A stretch of DNA of 64,000 bases. It comes from Octopus sinensis. Taxonomy: Eukaryota. Within the stretch, counting starts at the first letter, position 1. Every line of letters begins with the position of its first letter. The translations under genes and the position numbers were made by a program. This document shows, piece after piece, positions 49,721 to 63,872 of the stretch. The stretch spans positions 158,906,001 to 158,970,000 of the forward strand of contig NC_042999.1 in assembly GCF_006345805.1 (NCBI RefSeq), in the 5' to 3' direction. The notes under the pieces are model-generated. The model was not told where the DNA came from. It searched no databases and saw only the letters and a list, made by a program, of their open reading frames with translations.

Positions 49721-50169
49721 AAATATCTGATATAAATATCTGTCAATACCAAAAACTGAGCAAATATAAAGATCTTGAAATAGAAATCAGCAAAATGTGG
49801 AAGCTGAAGATAAAACAATACCTGTTGTCATAGGTGCCCTAATGATAGCAAAAGGGGCTGATAGCTATAACTCAGATACCAGGAAACCCAAAAATGGCAG
49901 AAGTTCAAAAGATAGTGCTCTGGGAACTGCTCATATCCTACGCAAAATACTCTCTATGTAACTCAAGGTTAAAACAACATAATTTTCGGTAAAAAAAAAA
50001 AAAAAAAAAAAAATTTTTTTTTTTAGACATTCATTAGTACAACATCCCCACCCCCCAAATATATGGCACACTGGCATAACAACAACATGAACTTCCACCC
50101 TGTTGTCTCTTGAGGTCTCTGGGTGAGACTGGAGCCAACTTGTACAAATAAAGCAAAAGTCAAACATAG
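49721..50169 (+). mobile_element. R4/Dong-type LINE family X, 5'-truncated
   Basis: KLSKYKDLEIEISKMWKLK..PVVIGAL; 3' UTR shared with 24707-24878. Confidence 0.82.
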
Positions 50170-50198
50170 AATAATAATAATAATAATAATAATAATAA

Positions 50199-51095
50199 GA
50201 TCAATAGTGCTACGAGTTGAGAAAGAGTAGACTTCTTCTCAACGACCTTCTCTTCATGGATAATATAAAACTGATCGCAAAAACAGAGCCTGAAATAGAG
50301 AGGCTGGCTGAAGCTGTGCAAATGTGCACCAAAGATGAAGGAATGGAATTCGGTTTCTCGAAGTGTGCAGTGCGTACTCTGAAGCGCGGTAAAAGTGTAA
50401 ATTGTAAGGGCATAGAATTGCCAAACGGAGAGAGAATGGAAGACCCGGGTAATAGGATTAGGAGCTGGAAAATATCTTACACAGAGAATTGAAAGACAAA
50501 GTCATCACTGCATATTTGAAGCGCCTCAAACTTCTCTTGAATTCAAGGCTCAACCCAAGTAACCTTGTGACTGCCATCAACATATGAGCTGTTGTCGTAG
50601 TCCGCCATAGTGCACCCATCCTGAGATGGACTCAAGCTGAGATTGATCAACTCGGTCGCACTAACCGAAAGACAATGACAAGGAATAGTGCCCTCCATCC
50701 TAAGGCAAATGTACAGAGGCTCTACATGAAGAGAGATAAAGGTAGACGTGGGCTGATTAGCGTACGGGAGTGCATCAAAATGGAAAGAAGAAACATAGCA
50801 GAATATTTGGTAAACAGCAAAGAACACATGCTACATTACGCTGCTAGTGCAGAAAGAGTTGACAAAAATGGACTCGAGAGTGCTCATGAACTCCAAACAA
50901 GAACAACCAACGAGAGAGAAGAAACCCTATTCCGTATAGAATTACATGGTCAGTTCCACCATAAAACCAAATAAATCCAGAAAGGTGACCTACAAAAGGA
51001 AAACAGAAAGCCTAATCCTCGCGCCCCAGGGTCAGACATTGAACACGAACTCAGTGAAAAAGAATATATACCACTCAAGTGTATCGGACCTCTTA
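50199..51095 (+). mobile_element. R4/Dong-type LINE family V fragment (late RT)
   Basis: LLFMDNIKL..GMEFGFSKC; ALHPKANVQRLYMKRDKGRRGLISV. Confidence 0.8.
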
Positions 51096-51175
51096 TAATA
51101 ATAATGATGATGATGATAATAATAATAATAATGATAATAATAATAATAATAATGATAATAATAATAATAATAATA

Positions 51176-51214
<39 letters not shown>

Positions 51215-51589
51215 TCACTGATGGTGATGATGGTGATGATGATAATAATGATAGTAATAGTGCTGATAATCTATACACACACACACTCAAAGAGTTCAAC
51301 CAACACAAAGAAAGTATTATTTGACAGGCAAGAACTCTGGTGTTGAAGACAGTCAGCCAGCCAACCACCAAGCCAGCCAACGAGACAGACAGACACTACT
51401 GTGATGGTGATAATGATAAAAAACAAAAATAAAAAAAATAATAATAATAAGATACTGCTGTGACTACACATAAAACAATATCATTGATGATGATGGTGGT
51501 GATGGTGATGGTGATGATGATAATGATGATGGTAATGGTGGTGATAATGATGATAGTGATGGTAATGATGATGATAATAACAATAATAA
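51096..51589. repeat. (TAA)/(TGA)/(TGG) trinucleotide field
   Basis: Visible runs. Confidence 0.9.
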
Positions 51590-54500
51590 GCCGACTACGG
51601 CTGCTATAATGGTACGATTATAATTGTAACGGCAATGATGGCCGTCTCCCCACGAGCCAATCAAAGCTAAAAAATGATAACATTATCGTAGCACCAAAAT
51701 GTTTTTGGAAACTAAAAGGAAAACTAAATCAGTATACCAAATCGCTTGTCCTATGGTTAATCTGGAAGCGCGTCCCCCAGGGAAGAGCCAGCCTGGGATC
51801 GAAAAGTCATCAACTGGCACAAACTCTTCTCCGAATACGGACATGGATGGTCACTTGAACGGGAAATCCCCCAACTCGAGCCCTCCAAGTTCACCACCAC
51901 AACCACCACAGACAGAAAAATGTAAGCGGAACAAATGGACCCGAGAAGAGTATAAAGAAGTAATATACGCTTATTACTATGCATTAGGTAGGCCATCTCA
52001 AGAGAGACACACCGCAAACTCTTACAGTATATGGAGAACACGGAATCAAGACAGTAGGCCCTATTTGGACGAGAACAAATTAGCAAATGTGAGGAGGGAT
52101 ATCCTTAGAAATAACAGACTCACAGACAGTGAAATAAGCGCGATCAAGCACGCAACGGAAAATGACATAAATATAAGACACAAATGAAATGAAGAATCAG
52201 ATGAACAGTATAGCCCGCCACGAGGCTTAATTGAAAGACTGCCATCTGACCAAAGTACGCAAAGGCCTGAAGATACAAGAAATTCTATTGTACCTGTTAA
52301 AGATAGCCAGGAAAACGAAAAAACAACAGTAACTGAAGATCTCGCATTTGCTGAAGAACACAGAGAGTCTATGGCAGAAATGAGGCAGAAAATCCTGAAT
52401 ACGCTTGAAGTTGTAAAACATACAAGTATGAATGATAGAGAACCAATTCATAAACTCTCAAATACAAACCAAAATAAAAAACAAATCCAAATTGGCAACT
52501 AGGTAACAAATGAAATAATACGAGAATTAAAACCTGATTTTACTGAGTTAAATGAAATTAGTTACGCTGCTGCTAGGGCAATTGAAACCAGCTGTATGCC
52601 CCCAAAAAAACAAAGAAAACAAAACCTGGGAAGAAATCAAACCTGGAGAAGTAAAATTGAAAAAGAGATTGAATTTATGAGAGGGGAAATATCAATATTA
52701 AATGAACTAATATGTGGAAATGATGTAAGATCCAGAACAGGAAGAAAGATGAAGAGAAAATTTGGATCCTCACCAAGAGAAGAACTGATATCAATAAAAG
52801 AAACGCTGAAACAAAAAGTCCAAGCAAAAGCCCAAAGAATACGAAGATTTGAGAAGAGAAACAAGTTTTACAAGCAAAATAAGCTGTTCACATCCAATGC
52901 CAAAAAATTCTACAGAGAAATAGGGAAGGAGAAAGTAACCGTTAAAGACCCCCCTCCCATGGAAGAAGTTCAAAACTTTTGGGAAAGGATTTGGAGTGAC
53001 AAGAAGACGTACAACATAAAGGCAGACTGGATTATACAAACTGAAGGATCCTACCAAAATTTACAACAAGCATGGGAAGACATCACAATAGCAGACCTAA
53101 GAAAGGCACTCACGAAGGCCCATAATTGGAAATCCCCCGGTAAAGATAGGGTGCCAAATTTCTGGCTCGCATCGCTCCCGTGCGCACACGGTAAGCTAGT
53201 TCAGCTGCTCAATGGAATTTTGAGAGACCCAAAGAAAACACCTGAATGGTTAGCAAGTGGCATTACTTACCTACTCCCAAAGAATAACGAAACCAACCTT
53301 CCAAAAAACTATCGGCCTATAACCTGTCTATCCACCACGTATAAAATCCTAACATCTATCCTGGCGGAGAAAACATGCATTCATGGAGAACAACGATATT
53401 TTCCCCATTGAACAAAAAGGGTGCCGCCGAGGCTCTTACGGATGCAAAGATCAACTGCTAATCAATCGTATGATCCTTGAGAACTGTCACAACAAGCGCA
53501 GAAATCTCAGCACCGCATGGATTGACTACAAAAAAGCCTTCGACAGTATACCGCATCCATGGATCTTCAGATCGCTGGACATCTTCAAAATTTCCCCTGT
53601 GATTTCAAACTTCCTGAAGCACAATATGTCGTTGTGGAATACGAATCTCCAATTATACCACTCTACTGGAGTACTTGCCTCAGAAAATATAAACATCAAC
53701 TGTGGAATTTTTCAAGGTGACTCACTTTCACCTTTAATATTCTGCATAGCCCTAATACCCCTTACAAGTGAATTAAACAGAACAGGCTTTGGGTATAAAA
53801 TTGCCAATAAAAAAATAAGCCACCTATTTTATATGGATGACTTAAAACTTTATGGTAAAGACAATAATGAACTTGAAGGCCTATTGCGCACCGTGAAAGC
53901 ATTCAGCGATGACATCGGGATGGAGTTTGGACTTGAGAAGTGTGCCAAGGCCACTTTCCAGAAAGGGAAAGTGAAGACCACAAATTCAGTCGTGTTAGAT
54001 GTTGACACAGTCATAAGAGAGCTTGAGCAAGAACAAACATACAAATATTTAGGGATAAATGAAGGCTCTGGTATTCAGCATGCAAGCATGAAAGAGAAAA
54101 TCAGGAAGGAATGTTATAGGAGAGTTCGTGCAGTCCTGAAATCTGAACTAAATGCACGTAACAAGGTGTTAGCTATAAATTCCTTAGCAGTTCCAGTTGT
54201 TACTTATAGCTACAATGTGTTGAACTGGAATATGAGTGAAGTAAAGAATATAGATAGAAAAATACGCAAGCTGCTGAGTTGTAATAGGATGCACCACCAA
54301 AGGCAGACGTAGATCGCCTTACTTTCCCAGAGCCCAAGGAGGTCGAGGCCTGATCCAATTTGAACTATCTTACAAAACAACCACAATTGGACTGGCCAAA
54401 TATCTCGAAATATCGAATGACTGGATGCTAAAGCTCGTGGAAAATCACGAGAGACGAAAGAAGCTTCATTCTATCATAAAGGAAAGCAAAAAATTTGCTA

Positions 54501-55550
54501 TTGATCTCGTGCAGGATACCCAAACTGAACAACCCGAGGGAAGTACGGCAACTATTGTTGCAAAGAAGGTGAAAATGATGACAATGAAAAAAGCGCACGA
54601 GCAATTGGCTGATAGGTGGGAGGAGAAACCTCTGCACGGCAAATATGTGACCCGCAGCAAACAAGCTGATGTTGACCAGAAGCAAACCATCAGTGGCTAC
54701 GGAGCCCAGGGCTAAAAGCAGAGAGCGAAGGTTTCATCCTGGCTGCTCAAGATCAAAGCCTATTAACCCGGAACTACCAGGCCAATGTGATGAAAAATGG
54801 AGCAGACCCAAAATGCCGATTCTGCAACGACATGATTGAAACAGTGGACCACCTAATCTCTGGATGTAAATTCTTAGCACCAGTGGAGTATAAATTAAGA
54901 CATGACAGAGTTGGCCAATATCTTCACTGGCTAATAAGTCGGCATTACAATATCAAAACTGCCGACAAGTGGTATAATCACCACCATGAGGCTGTAACTG
55001 AAGGAGAAAATGTAACCATTCTGTGGGACTTTCCAGTACATACAGACCGAACCATCAAGGCCAATAAACCAGATATTATTGTGAAAGACCAAAACAATAA
55101 AGTTTGCTTATTGATCGACATGAGCATCCCCTGTGATCATAATATCTCAGCGAAACAGTTTGACAAGCTCAGAAAATATAAAGACCTACTCATTGAAATT
55201 GAGAAAATGTGGCATCTCAAGGCGGTTACAGTGCCAGTGATCGTAGGAGCACTAGGAATGATCAAGAAGGGAACCGAAAATTATATGAGAATGATCCCTG
55301 GCTTACCATCCCTGCAAGAAGTGCAAAAGATTGTCTTAACTGGTACATCACACGTATTGAGAAGAGCATTGTCGATGTGAGAACTGTTGCTGCTCATGTA
55401 TTTTAATTTAACTTAAAAAATAAAAAAAATGAACGAACTACTGAGTTTGGTTTAATGGCCTACCATTGTATACTATGAGTTTCTTTGCCCTAGGAGTCGG
55501 GAAGACACTCGGCAAGAAATGGAAGCAAATTTGAAAGAAGAAAAAAAAAA
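51590..55550 (+). mobile_element. Full-length R4/Dong-type non-LTR retrotransposon, family W, disrupted
   Basis: ORF fragments 51699-55380: RNKWTREEYKEVIYAYY; WIDYKKAFDSIPH, GIFQGDSLSP, LFYMDDLKLY; CRFCNDMIETVDHLISGC; KPD..LLIDMSIP..KLRKY; poly-A then (TAA)n. Confidence 0.93.
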
Positions 55551-55578
55551 GTAATAATAATAATAATAATAATAATAA

Positions 55579-56312
55579 CGACATGATTGAAACAGTGGAC
55601 CACCTAATCTCTGGATGTAAAGTCTTAGCACCAGTGGAGTATAAATTAAGACATGACAGAGTTGACCAATATCTACACTGGCTAATAAGTCGGCATTACA
55701 ATATCAAAACTGCCGATAAGTGGTATAATGACCACCCTGAGGCTGTAACTGAAGGAGAAAATGTAATGATTCTGTGGGACTTTCCAGTACTTACAGACCG
55801 AACCATCAAGGCCAATAAACCAGATATTGTTGTGAAAGACCAAAACAATAAAGTTTGCTTATTGATCGACATGAGCATCCCCTGTGATCATAATATCTCA
55901 GCGAAACAGTTTGACAAGCTCAGAAAATATAAAGACCTACTCATTGAAATTGAGAAAATGTGGCATCTCAAGGCGGTTACAATACCAGTGATCGTAGGAG
56001 CATTAGGAATGATTAAGAAAGGAACCGAAAATTATATGAGAATGATCCCTGGCTTACCATCCCTGCAAGAAGTGCAAAAGATTGTCTTAACCGGTACATC
56101 ACACGTATTGAGAAGAGCATTGTCGATGTGAGAACTATTACTACCCATGTATTTTAATTTAACTTTAAAAAAAAATGAACGAATTTTTGAGTTTAGTTAA
56201 ATGGCCTAGCAATGTATACTATGACTTTCTTTGCCCTAGGAGTCGGGAAGGCACTCGGCAAGAAATGGAAGCAAATTTGAAAGAAGAAAAAAAAAAAAAA
56301 AAAAAAAAAAAA
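55579..56312 (+). mobile_element. R4/Dong-type LINE family W, second copy 5'-truncated at the zinc knuckle
   Basis: Close match to 54826-55550; ORF 55583-56131. Confidence 0.9.
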
Positions 56313-56350
<38 letters not shown>

Positions 56351-56351
<1 letters not shown>

Positions 56352-57818
56352 TCAAACTTTATGGTAAAGATGAAGCCCAAGTCTGTTCCCTCGCTCATAC
56401 GGTGCATACATTCAGTGCTAATATTGGAATGGAGTTCGGACTGAGGAAGTGTGGCGTACTAGACTTGAAGAGTGGCAAAATTAAATGTATGGACGGGCTA
56501 ACGATACCGTCGGGCGAGGTTATGAAGCAGATAGAAGAGACGGGCTATAAGTACTTGGAGATTTTGGAAATGGATAAATTGATGGAGAAAGAAGTAACAG
56601 AAAGATTTAAGGTGGAGTACTTGCGCAGACTGAGACTGATTCTTAAGTCGAAATTGAATGAACGAAAAAAGATCGAAGCTACCAACACCTGGGGCGGTTT
56701 CATTCCTTAGATATGGAGCAGGAGTAATCACATGGGCAGCAGACGAACTAAACAGTTTAGACAGAAAGACAAGGAAGTTGCTTACAAGATATGGGTCACT
56801 TCACCCAAAAAGTGACAAAGACAAAATCTATGTACCAAAAAAAAAGAGTAGCAAGATGACTTATTGGATGCGAACACATATTAGAGAAGAAGAAAACAAC
56901 AGAGTATGGTATGTGAAAAAATGCCACAGAACCGCTATTATTAGAAGTAAGAAGGTCAGGCTTGTGTAGGATGGAAGACTGAAAAGATAAAGCACTATAC
57001 AAGAAATTGAAAACGAATGGAACTGAAAATAGGTGGGTAAAAAAAAGAATGCATGGTCAATTTCATAAGGATGTTGAAGACTAAAAGTGATTTAAAACCG
57101 GATAACGAGGCTCTAATCAGTGCTGCCTAAGAACAAGCACTAAGAACAAACTACATAAAATACAGAATAGACAGCACGGCAGAAAGTGATAAGTGCAGAA
57201 TCTGTGGACAAAACGGTGAAACCGTATGGTATATAACCAGCCAATGTACGCCACTAGTCCAGAAAGAATATAAGAGACGCCACCTCATTATAGCCAGGAT
57301 TCAAGTACGGACTTGAATAGAGCGAAATATTGGTACGATCTCAAACCTGAAGGTATCGTTGAAAATGGAAATGCAAAGATCCTATGGGATTTTATGATTC
57401 AGTGCGACCATGAGAGAATAGGAAAGCTAGACATAGTCTTAATTGAGGGAGAAAACAAACTATGCTGGATCATAGATATAACATGCCCAGCTGACAAGAA
57501 GGAATGCGATAAGGAAGAAAGAAATGTCGAGAGATCTGACACGTTAGCTTGTGAAGTTATGCAATTGTGGTCGATGGAAAAGGTAGAAGTAGTGCCAATA
57601 ATTGTCGGAGCCCTGGGAAGAGTGAGCAAAAATCTCGAGAAATACGTGGAAAAAATAGGGGTAGCAATAAGGGTGGAGCATTTGCAGAAAACAGCACTGC
57701 TTTGAACCGCTCGAATACTCCAGAATGTGCTCGAAAAATAAGAGGTGTTACCTTAGTTCACTGGTAGTGAACAGCTGACACTGTAGTACATCTCCAGCTT
57801 TGGAAGCTGTGCAAAGAC
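56351..57818 (+). mobile_element. R4/Dong-type LINE family U, 5'-truncated and decayed
   Basis: IGMEFGLRKC, GYKYLEI, SLHPKSD, ILWDFMIQCD..LDIV..CWIIDITCP, VVPIIVGALG. Confidence 0.85.
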
Positions 57819-57879
<61 letters not shown>

Positions 57880-57928
57880 TAATAATGATAATGATGATGA
57901 TGACGATGATGATGACGATGACGATGAC

Positions 57929-57960
<32 letters not shown>
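57819..57960. repeat. (TAA)n(TGA)n tract at the 3' edge of the LINE nest
   Basis: Visible runs. Confidence 0.95.
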
Positions 57961-57961
<1 letters not shown>

Positions 57962-60890
57962 CGGAAATACAAAATACACCACATTTATGAACGGAGATAA
58001 ATTCTATCACATTATGTTTAAGGAAATTACGTAGGACATTCTGAGTAACAACATTCTTTGTTTTCTGGTTTGGAGCATAGACAAATAAGTCTGGCAAACT
58101 ACTAACCCTGGGGCAACCAACATAAAGTTGACCATGAGAAAAGGAAAGCTCAATTAAATGCAAGCCAGTGGATTTCAAAGACTTGAGCTTTATTAGTAGA
58201 CATTGCAAAGCAGAGTCGCACTGGGAATTGCGTTCATTTGAAATCAAATGGCATGTCTGTTGGTTTGATTGGAATTCTTGGAATGAAAATCTCTTCCCCA
58301 AGGCACATCCAGTGATGGCAGTAGCTTCGATTATATTAGGTGATTATATCTTCACAATCGACCTTGTCCCATTGCATAATTTAGGAGAATCTAGATTTCT
58401 TAGAAGCATAATTAGGACTCGTACCTTAAGAAAAATATACATAACTATATGCATACATAGATGCGCATATATGTATATGTATATATATGTTTACATGTGG
58501 AGGAGTTCCAAGTGGCTCAATAGAATTAAGGAACACTGCTGGACAACTTGATTTTCATCAAAGGCGAAATCAACAAATTTGTACTCCTTAATAACTGTTG
58601 GAATCTTATTCATTAATTCTCCGTTAATCCCTGCTACTGTCTCATTTTTTGGAGCAAGAATTACCCTTTCACACAACGATTTATGTGAATTATAATTCTT
58701 ATTTTTAAGTCTGGAAATACCCTGTTCTACAATTCAGCTGGGGAATTCACCATGATAAAAATATGAGCCAAATTGATATGGTCATTCCCATCAAATGTAT
58801 GGAAGCAATTTTCTTTCTTGGTGACACGAGTAAAATATTTGTAACAGCATTGCTTTTCCCCCAAGGTAATGCAACAAAACAGAATTGCACTTGCTGTACC
58901 ATTGTCTGGCTTTGCTTCCACTATTCTCCCAGAAGGACAAACAATTCATTCTGCTTTTAAATAATCACTAAACCTAGTCACAAGTGACAGTCCAATTTGT
59001 AACATAAGCAAAGATTCAAGTTCAGCAGAAGTGTTGTGCCAATGCCACCTTATCATTTGGGATGAATGCACCGCGTCACATAGAGGTGCAATGGAAGCTC
59101 TTGGTAAGACCTTACAGGACATAATAGGCAACAATAAATCTATGGAAGGAGTTACATTACTTTTATCAAGAGATTTCAGACAGACATTTCTAGTCATTCT
59201 GAGACGAACAAGATCTGATGAAATAAAAGCATGGATTAAGTCTTCACACTTATGGAATAAAGTACAGAAATTTCCTTTTTTATAATTGGAGGAACCGAGT
59301 TGAAAACTGTTTTGCTCATTGGTCCCCATGTAATAAAACTCGCACGTTAGTAGTGAATTTCTGAACTTTATTCCATAGGTGTGAAGACTTAATCGATGCT
59401 TTTATTTCATCAGATCTTGTTCGTCTCAGAATGACTAGAAATGTCTGTCTGGAGTCTCCTGATAAAACCAATATTACTCCTCCCATAGATTTATTGCTGC
59501 CTCTGATGTCCTGTAAGGTCTTATCAAGAGCTTTAATTTCACCTCTATGTGACACGGTTCATTTATCCCAAATCACCAAATTGCATTGGCGCAACACTTC
59601 TGATGAACAGAATAGACTGTCATTTGTGACCAGTTTTAGTGGTAATTTAAAAGCAGAACGAGCTGCTCGTCCTCTTCAGAGAATAGTGGCAGAAAAGCCA
59701 GACAATGCTACAGCAAGTACAATTCTGTTTTGTTGCATTACCTTGGGGAAAAGCAATGATGTTACAAATATTTTACTCGTGTCACCAGGAGCATCAAGAA
59801 AGAAAATTTCTCCGCTTTCTTCTCTGACTGACGAAATAATTTTATCATATGCACAACGTTGTTCTGGCAGAAGTTTATGTTCATGTTCATTGACAAATGC
59901 AGCAAATTATGTGATGTCATAACTTGTCTCTCTTGCTCTATCTCTTGAAGTTAAATCACTAATTTGACAGTTTGTTTTTGGCAGTCCAGAGCTAGACGCT
60001 TGTAAATTTTTGTCTCCCATGGTCAAAACTTGATCTTCAATTTCAATCAGTGCTTGGTTAAAAATTGTTCCAGAGAACTGAATATTGATATCTGGGTTTG
60101 CCTGTTGAACTGCATATTTTAAGTCCTCCCAATGTTTCATCCAAAGCTGTAAGCGACTACCAGATTGACACGTGTTCAGTATAATTGCAAAACGGTTACG
60201 AAGGTTCCTTCGAGAATCTGATACTGATGCTTCACTCAATGCATGGTACCAGTGCTCATCATTCTCTAAATAACCTTTTTGATAGCATGTGTCCCTATAA
60301 GTTTCACACACATGACTATTTCTCATCTTCCAATCCTGGAGCGATTTAGGATCACGTACTTCAGGCAAAAGAAGCCGCAAGTAGTAGCACTCCGCTTGGC
60401 TTGACTTGGCTTGGCTGGACACTGTGAGCTCTTGCAACAGCGTTGCCACACGTTTCCTCTCGTGCCATTTATTGTTTCTGCAGGTGTAATACTTGGGTAA
60501 TTTTGGGTAAAGGAATTTTCTTGCATCTTTATGTACTTGGTACAATTTTAAAAATGCAGTAAGGGTAGCTTCTTTTGAAGAAAGTGCTTGTTGCAAGGCT
60601 GTTTGATTTGTAAAGTTAACCCTGTGGCTATTCTTTAGATGGATATTAAGATGAATGATAGCTGAGTTCCTCTCATAAAAGGGAAAATTGAAACTACGCC
60701 AAACATTCTCATTGGTACTAATGTATCTTCCCCTGTCATACTGTGCAACTTCGTCATTCTTATTTATCTGCTGACTGCCAGTCTGCATAAGAATGTATGT
60801 TGCAGCTCTAAAAAATTGTTTGAATATTTGCAAACATTCTTCAAAAGAGTTGCAGAATTCAACATTGAGTATTCGTCTTTGCTTCACTTT
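57961..60890 (-). mobile_element. Helitron RepHel relic (Rep-helicase linker and PIF1-type helicase), decayed
   Basis: GRYISTNENVWR..FPFYER..HLNIHL, YYLRLLL, YRDTC..GYLENDEHW, IWD...SH, GGVILVLSGDSRQ, CERVILAPKN, FSHGQLYVGC.RV. Confidence 0.9.
58807..59272 (+). repeat. Inverted duplication of Helitron helicase segment 59356-59808
   Basis: Reverse-complement match with scattered mismatches and small indels; 83-bp spacer. Confidence 0.88.
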
Positions 60891-60998
60891 AGAATACTGG
60901 TCATCTACATCTACCCCCGTCTCCTCTTGTAGAGAATGAGAACATTGTTTACGGAAACGCTTTTGAAAATTAAAATGGGGGTTAAATAAGTTACATGA

Positions 60999-61039
<41 letters not shown>

Positions 61040-61680
61040 GCGTGCGTGTGGGTGAGTTTGATTATTTGTTTTTGTTTCTAATAACTGTTTCTAAATTTAA
61101 GAATCATTGTGTAGAATAATGGGTTTTTTTATGCAAACACATTAATCTTTTGTTTTTCTAAAATTAGTTTAAGTTCCTAAACTTTATTAAAATTGTGAAC
61201 GAAACTGTTCTAGCATGCCTTGAAACCATGGTAACTTTTTTAAAAAATGGATTCAAAAGAAAGAAAGAAATGGGAAAACGTGACAAATTAAATGAATTTA
61301 ATAATGCACTTGAAATCAACCAGCTTTAATAAAGTGCAAACAATTGGCGTTGCTTAGAGTACTTGTAGCGACAAGTTCAGAAACGTGCTCGAAACGCCTA
61401 TTTCTAAATACTGGTGTGTCGCATGATGAGAAAAAAGTGGAAATAGAAACGTAAATATTAAACTAAAAGAAACAGCAACTAGAGATGCATATCATCATGC
61501 AATTATACTGAGCAGCTTAGAGTTATAAAGACAAATATAGAAAGAATGATGGAAACAATGTGCAAAAGAAAAGAATAACACAACACACAAGAGAAATTAC
61601 TCAAAAATATTCCTTTCTTTATGGGTCGTCTTGTGGTGAAACATACAGTCAGCGCATATGCATAAATACATGCAAATTTC

Positions 61681-61734
<54 letters not shown>

Positions 61735-62239
61735 AAGATTATCTGCTAAATTACATATTAAAGGGTGGCAGATAATTTATTCATTCATAAAGAGGCTTTT
61801 AAACAGATTTGCATGCATAAGTGTGGCTTTATTCAGATCATGCGATTGTTTTCGCATCCTGTTGCGAACCATTTGAAAACAATCCTAAAACCTGAGGAGG
61901 ACACTCCTAGATATAAACATCTGCTTACAAAGTTCTAAGTGCATCAATAAATTCTAAGCAATAACATTGCACAAATCTAATCAATAAAAATGTATCCAGA
62001 CCACAACTTCATCACAACCCAACGTACAATCCAGTTATCACTGCTCTCAAACCCACACACCCGAACCAGCTTATAATTCATCAGAGAATATATAGAGCCA
62101 AGATTAACTTGTATGGTCGAAACTTTTAAGTCACTTATAAATGATATTCTTGTTTAAGAATGATAAATTTATACTGCACAGAAGTATAAAATAACCCATC
62201 AAATTAACGTAAAATTGTTTTAATAATAACTAAATCTAA

Positions 62240-62347
62240 CACACATAGATAGACTTTTGTGTGTGTGTGTATATACATATATATGTATATACACACATAT
62301 ATATACACACATATATATACACACATGTATATATATATAAACTTATG

Positions 62348-62381
<34 letters not shown>

Positions 62382-62703
62382 ATACATATAAATACATACA
62401 TATACGTATACATATATATATATATATGTACATATTTATACATATATATGCATATATATATATATAGATATATATATATATACATACATATGCATATAAA
62501 TATATACATATTTATACACATATATATACACATATACACATATATATACACACACATATATATACATAGATATAGATATATATATATATATACACATATA
62601 TATACATATATTTATATACATATATATATGCATATATATACATATATATATACATATATACATATACATATATATATATATATATATACATACATATATA
62701 AAT

Positions 62704-62748
<45 letters not shown>

Positions 62749-62994
62749 ATATATATATGCATATAAATTTATATAAATAAGGATATGAACGTTATTTAAG
62801 ATACCAATCTTATAAGGTGGCTAGCATAGGAATAAAAACCTCAAAAGTAATAATTATTATTATCCAGAAATCCGGAATCTGGAATTATCCAGTAATTTTT
62901 TTGCTATTCTATTTTGTCTCTTTGTTTTAGAATCAAGTCTTGGCTGCTATATCTAACGTGGTGTACCTCTTAGATACCCTTAATTATTATTTAA

Positions 62995-63067
<73 letters not shown>

Positions 63068-63220
63068 CATATATATGTATATATATACATATATACATAT
63101 ATACATATATGTATATACATATAGATAGACATATTATATATATATATATATATACATACATATATACATACATATATACATACATATGTAGATACATGCA
63201 CTCACACACACACACAAACA

Positions 63221-63271
<51 letters not shown>

Positions 63272-63285
63272 GTATATATATAAGT
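62240..63285. repeat. TA/TACA/CA microsatellite fields
   Basis: Visible runs at 62240-62780 and 63000-63285. Confidence 0.92.
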
Positions 63286-63781
63286 GCACTCGTACTTTGG
63301 ACGGTGTAATGTATTATAATGGCACACTCCTTTGGACGTTCTAAGTTGAATTAGCCTGCAGTTAGAGGTCGTTTCAAGTCGATAAACGTAAATTGTATAA
63401 TTACCAATTTCGTTAGCTGTTTATTACATGATATTAAGCAACCTAAGTAATGAATAAAGTGTTTTGAACACAAACTTAGCAGTTAGTAATAAATGAAGTT
63501 CCATGTCATGAGATTTCAACTGCAGTAAGCATTAAGGATCCTATATCTTACCTGAAGCATTTTGTAGCATGTAGTTATTTTACTTGTAATGCCTGACACA
63601 AGAGCATTGAAGCTTTTTTCAATGAAATTCACGTATATTAAACAAAAGCAAACAGTTATAGCAAACACACAAATATAATAATGGTATGTACAGAAATGAA
63701 TGTCAGAGCACGCTTATGAGCGAACAGCGTGCGTGAAGTAAGACTGATCATTATAGATAATATACTATTAACAGCAATTAT

Positions 63782-63872
63782 TCAGGGTTTTAGGATAGGG
63801 CTAGGATTTTAGGGTTAGGGTTTTAGGGTTAAGGTTAGGGTTAGGGCTGGGGTTTCAGGGATAAGGTTATGG
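63782..63872 (+). repeat. Degenerate interstitial (TTAGGG)n telomere-like tract
   Basis: TTTTAGGGTTAGGGTTTTAGGGTTAAGGTTAGGGTTAGGG plus variants. Confidence 0.75.

Noticed and set aside
51590-51700. HDV-like ribozyme at the 5' end of LINE W (and of LINE Y, 44914-45160)
   Set aside because: Several small hairpins are present, but I could not assemble the nested P1/P1.1/P2/P3 double pseudoknot; a covariance-model search would settle it.
61355-61405. GCTCGAAACG as another hammerhead relic (similar weak case at 32085-32100, minus strand)
   Set aside because: Only the GAAAC half is recognisable; no core or stems.
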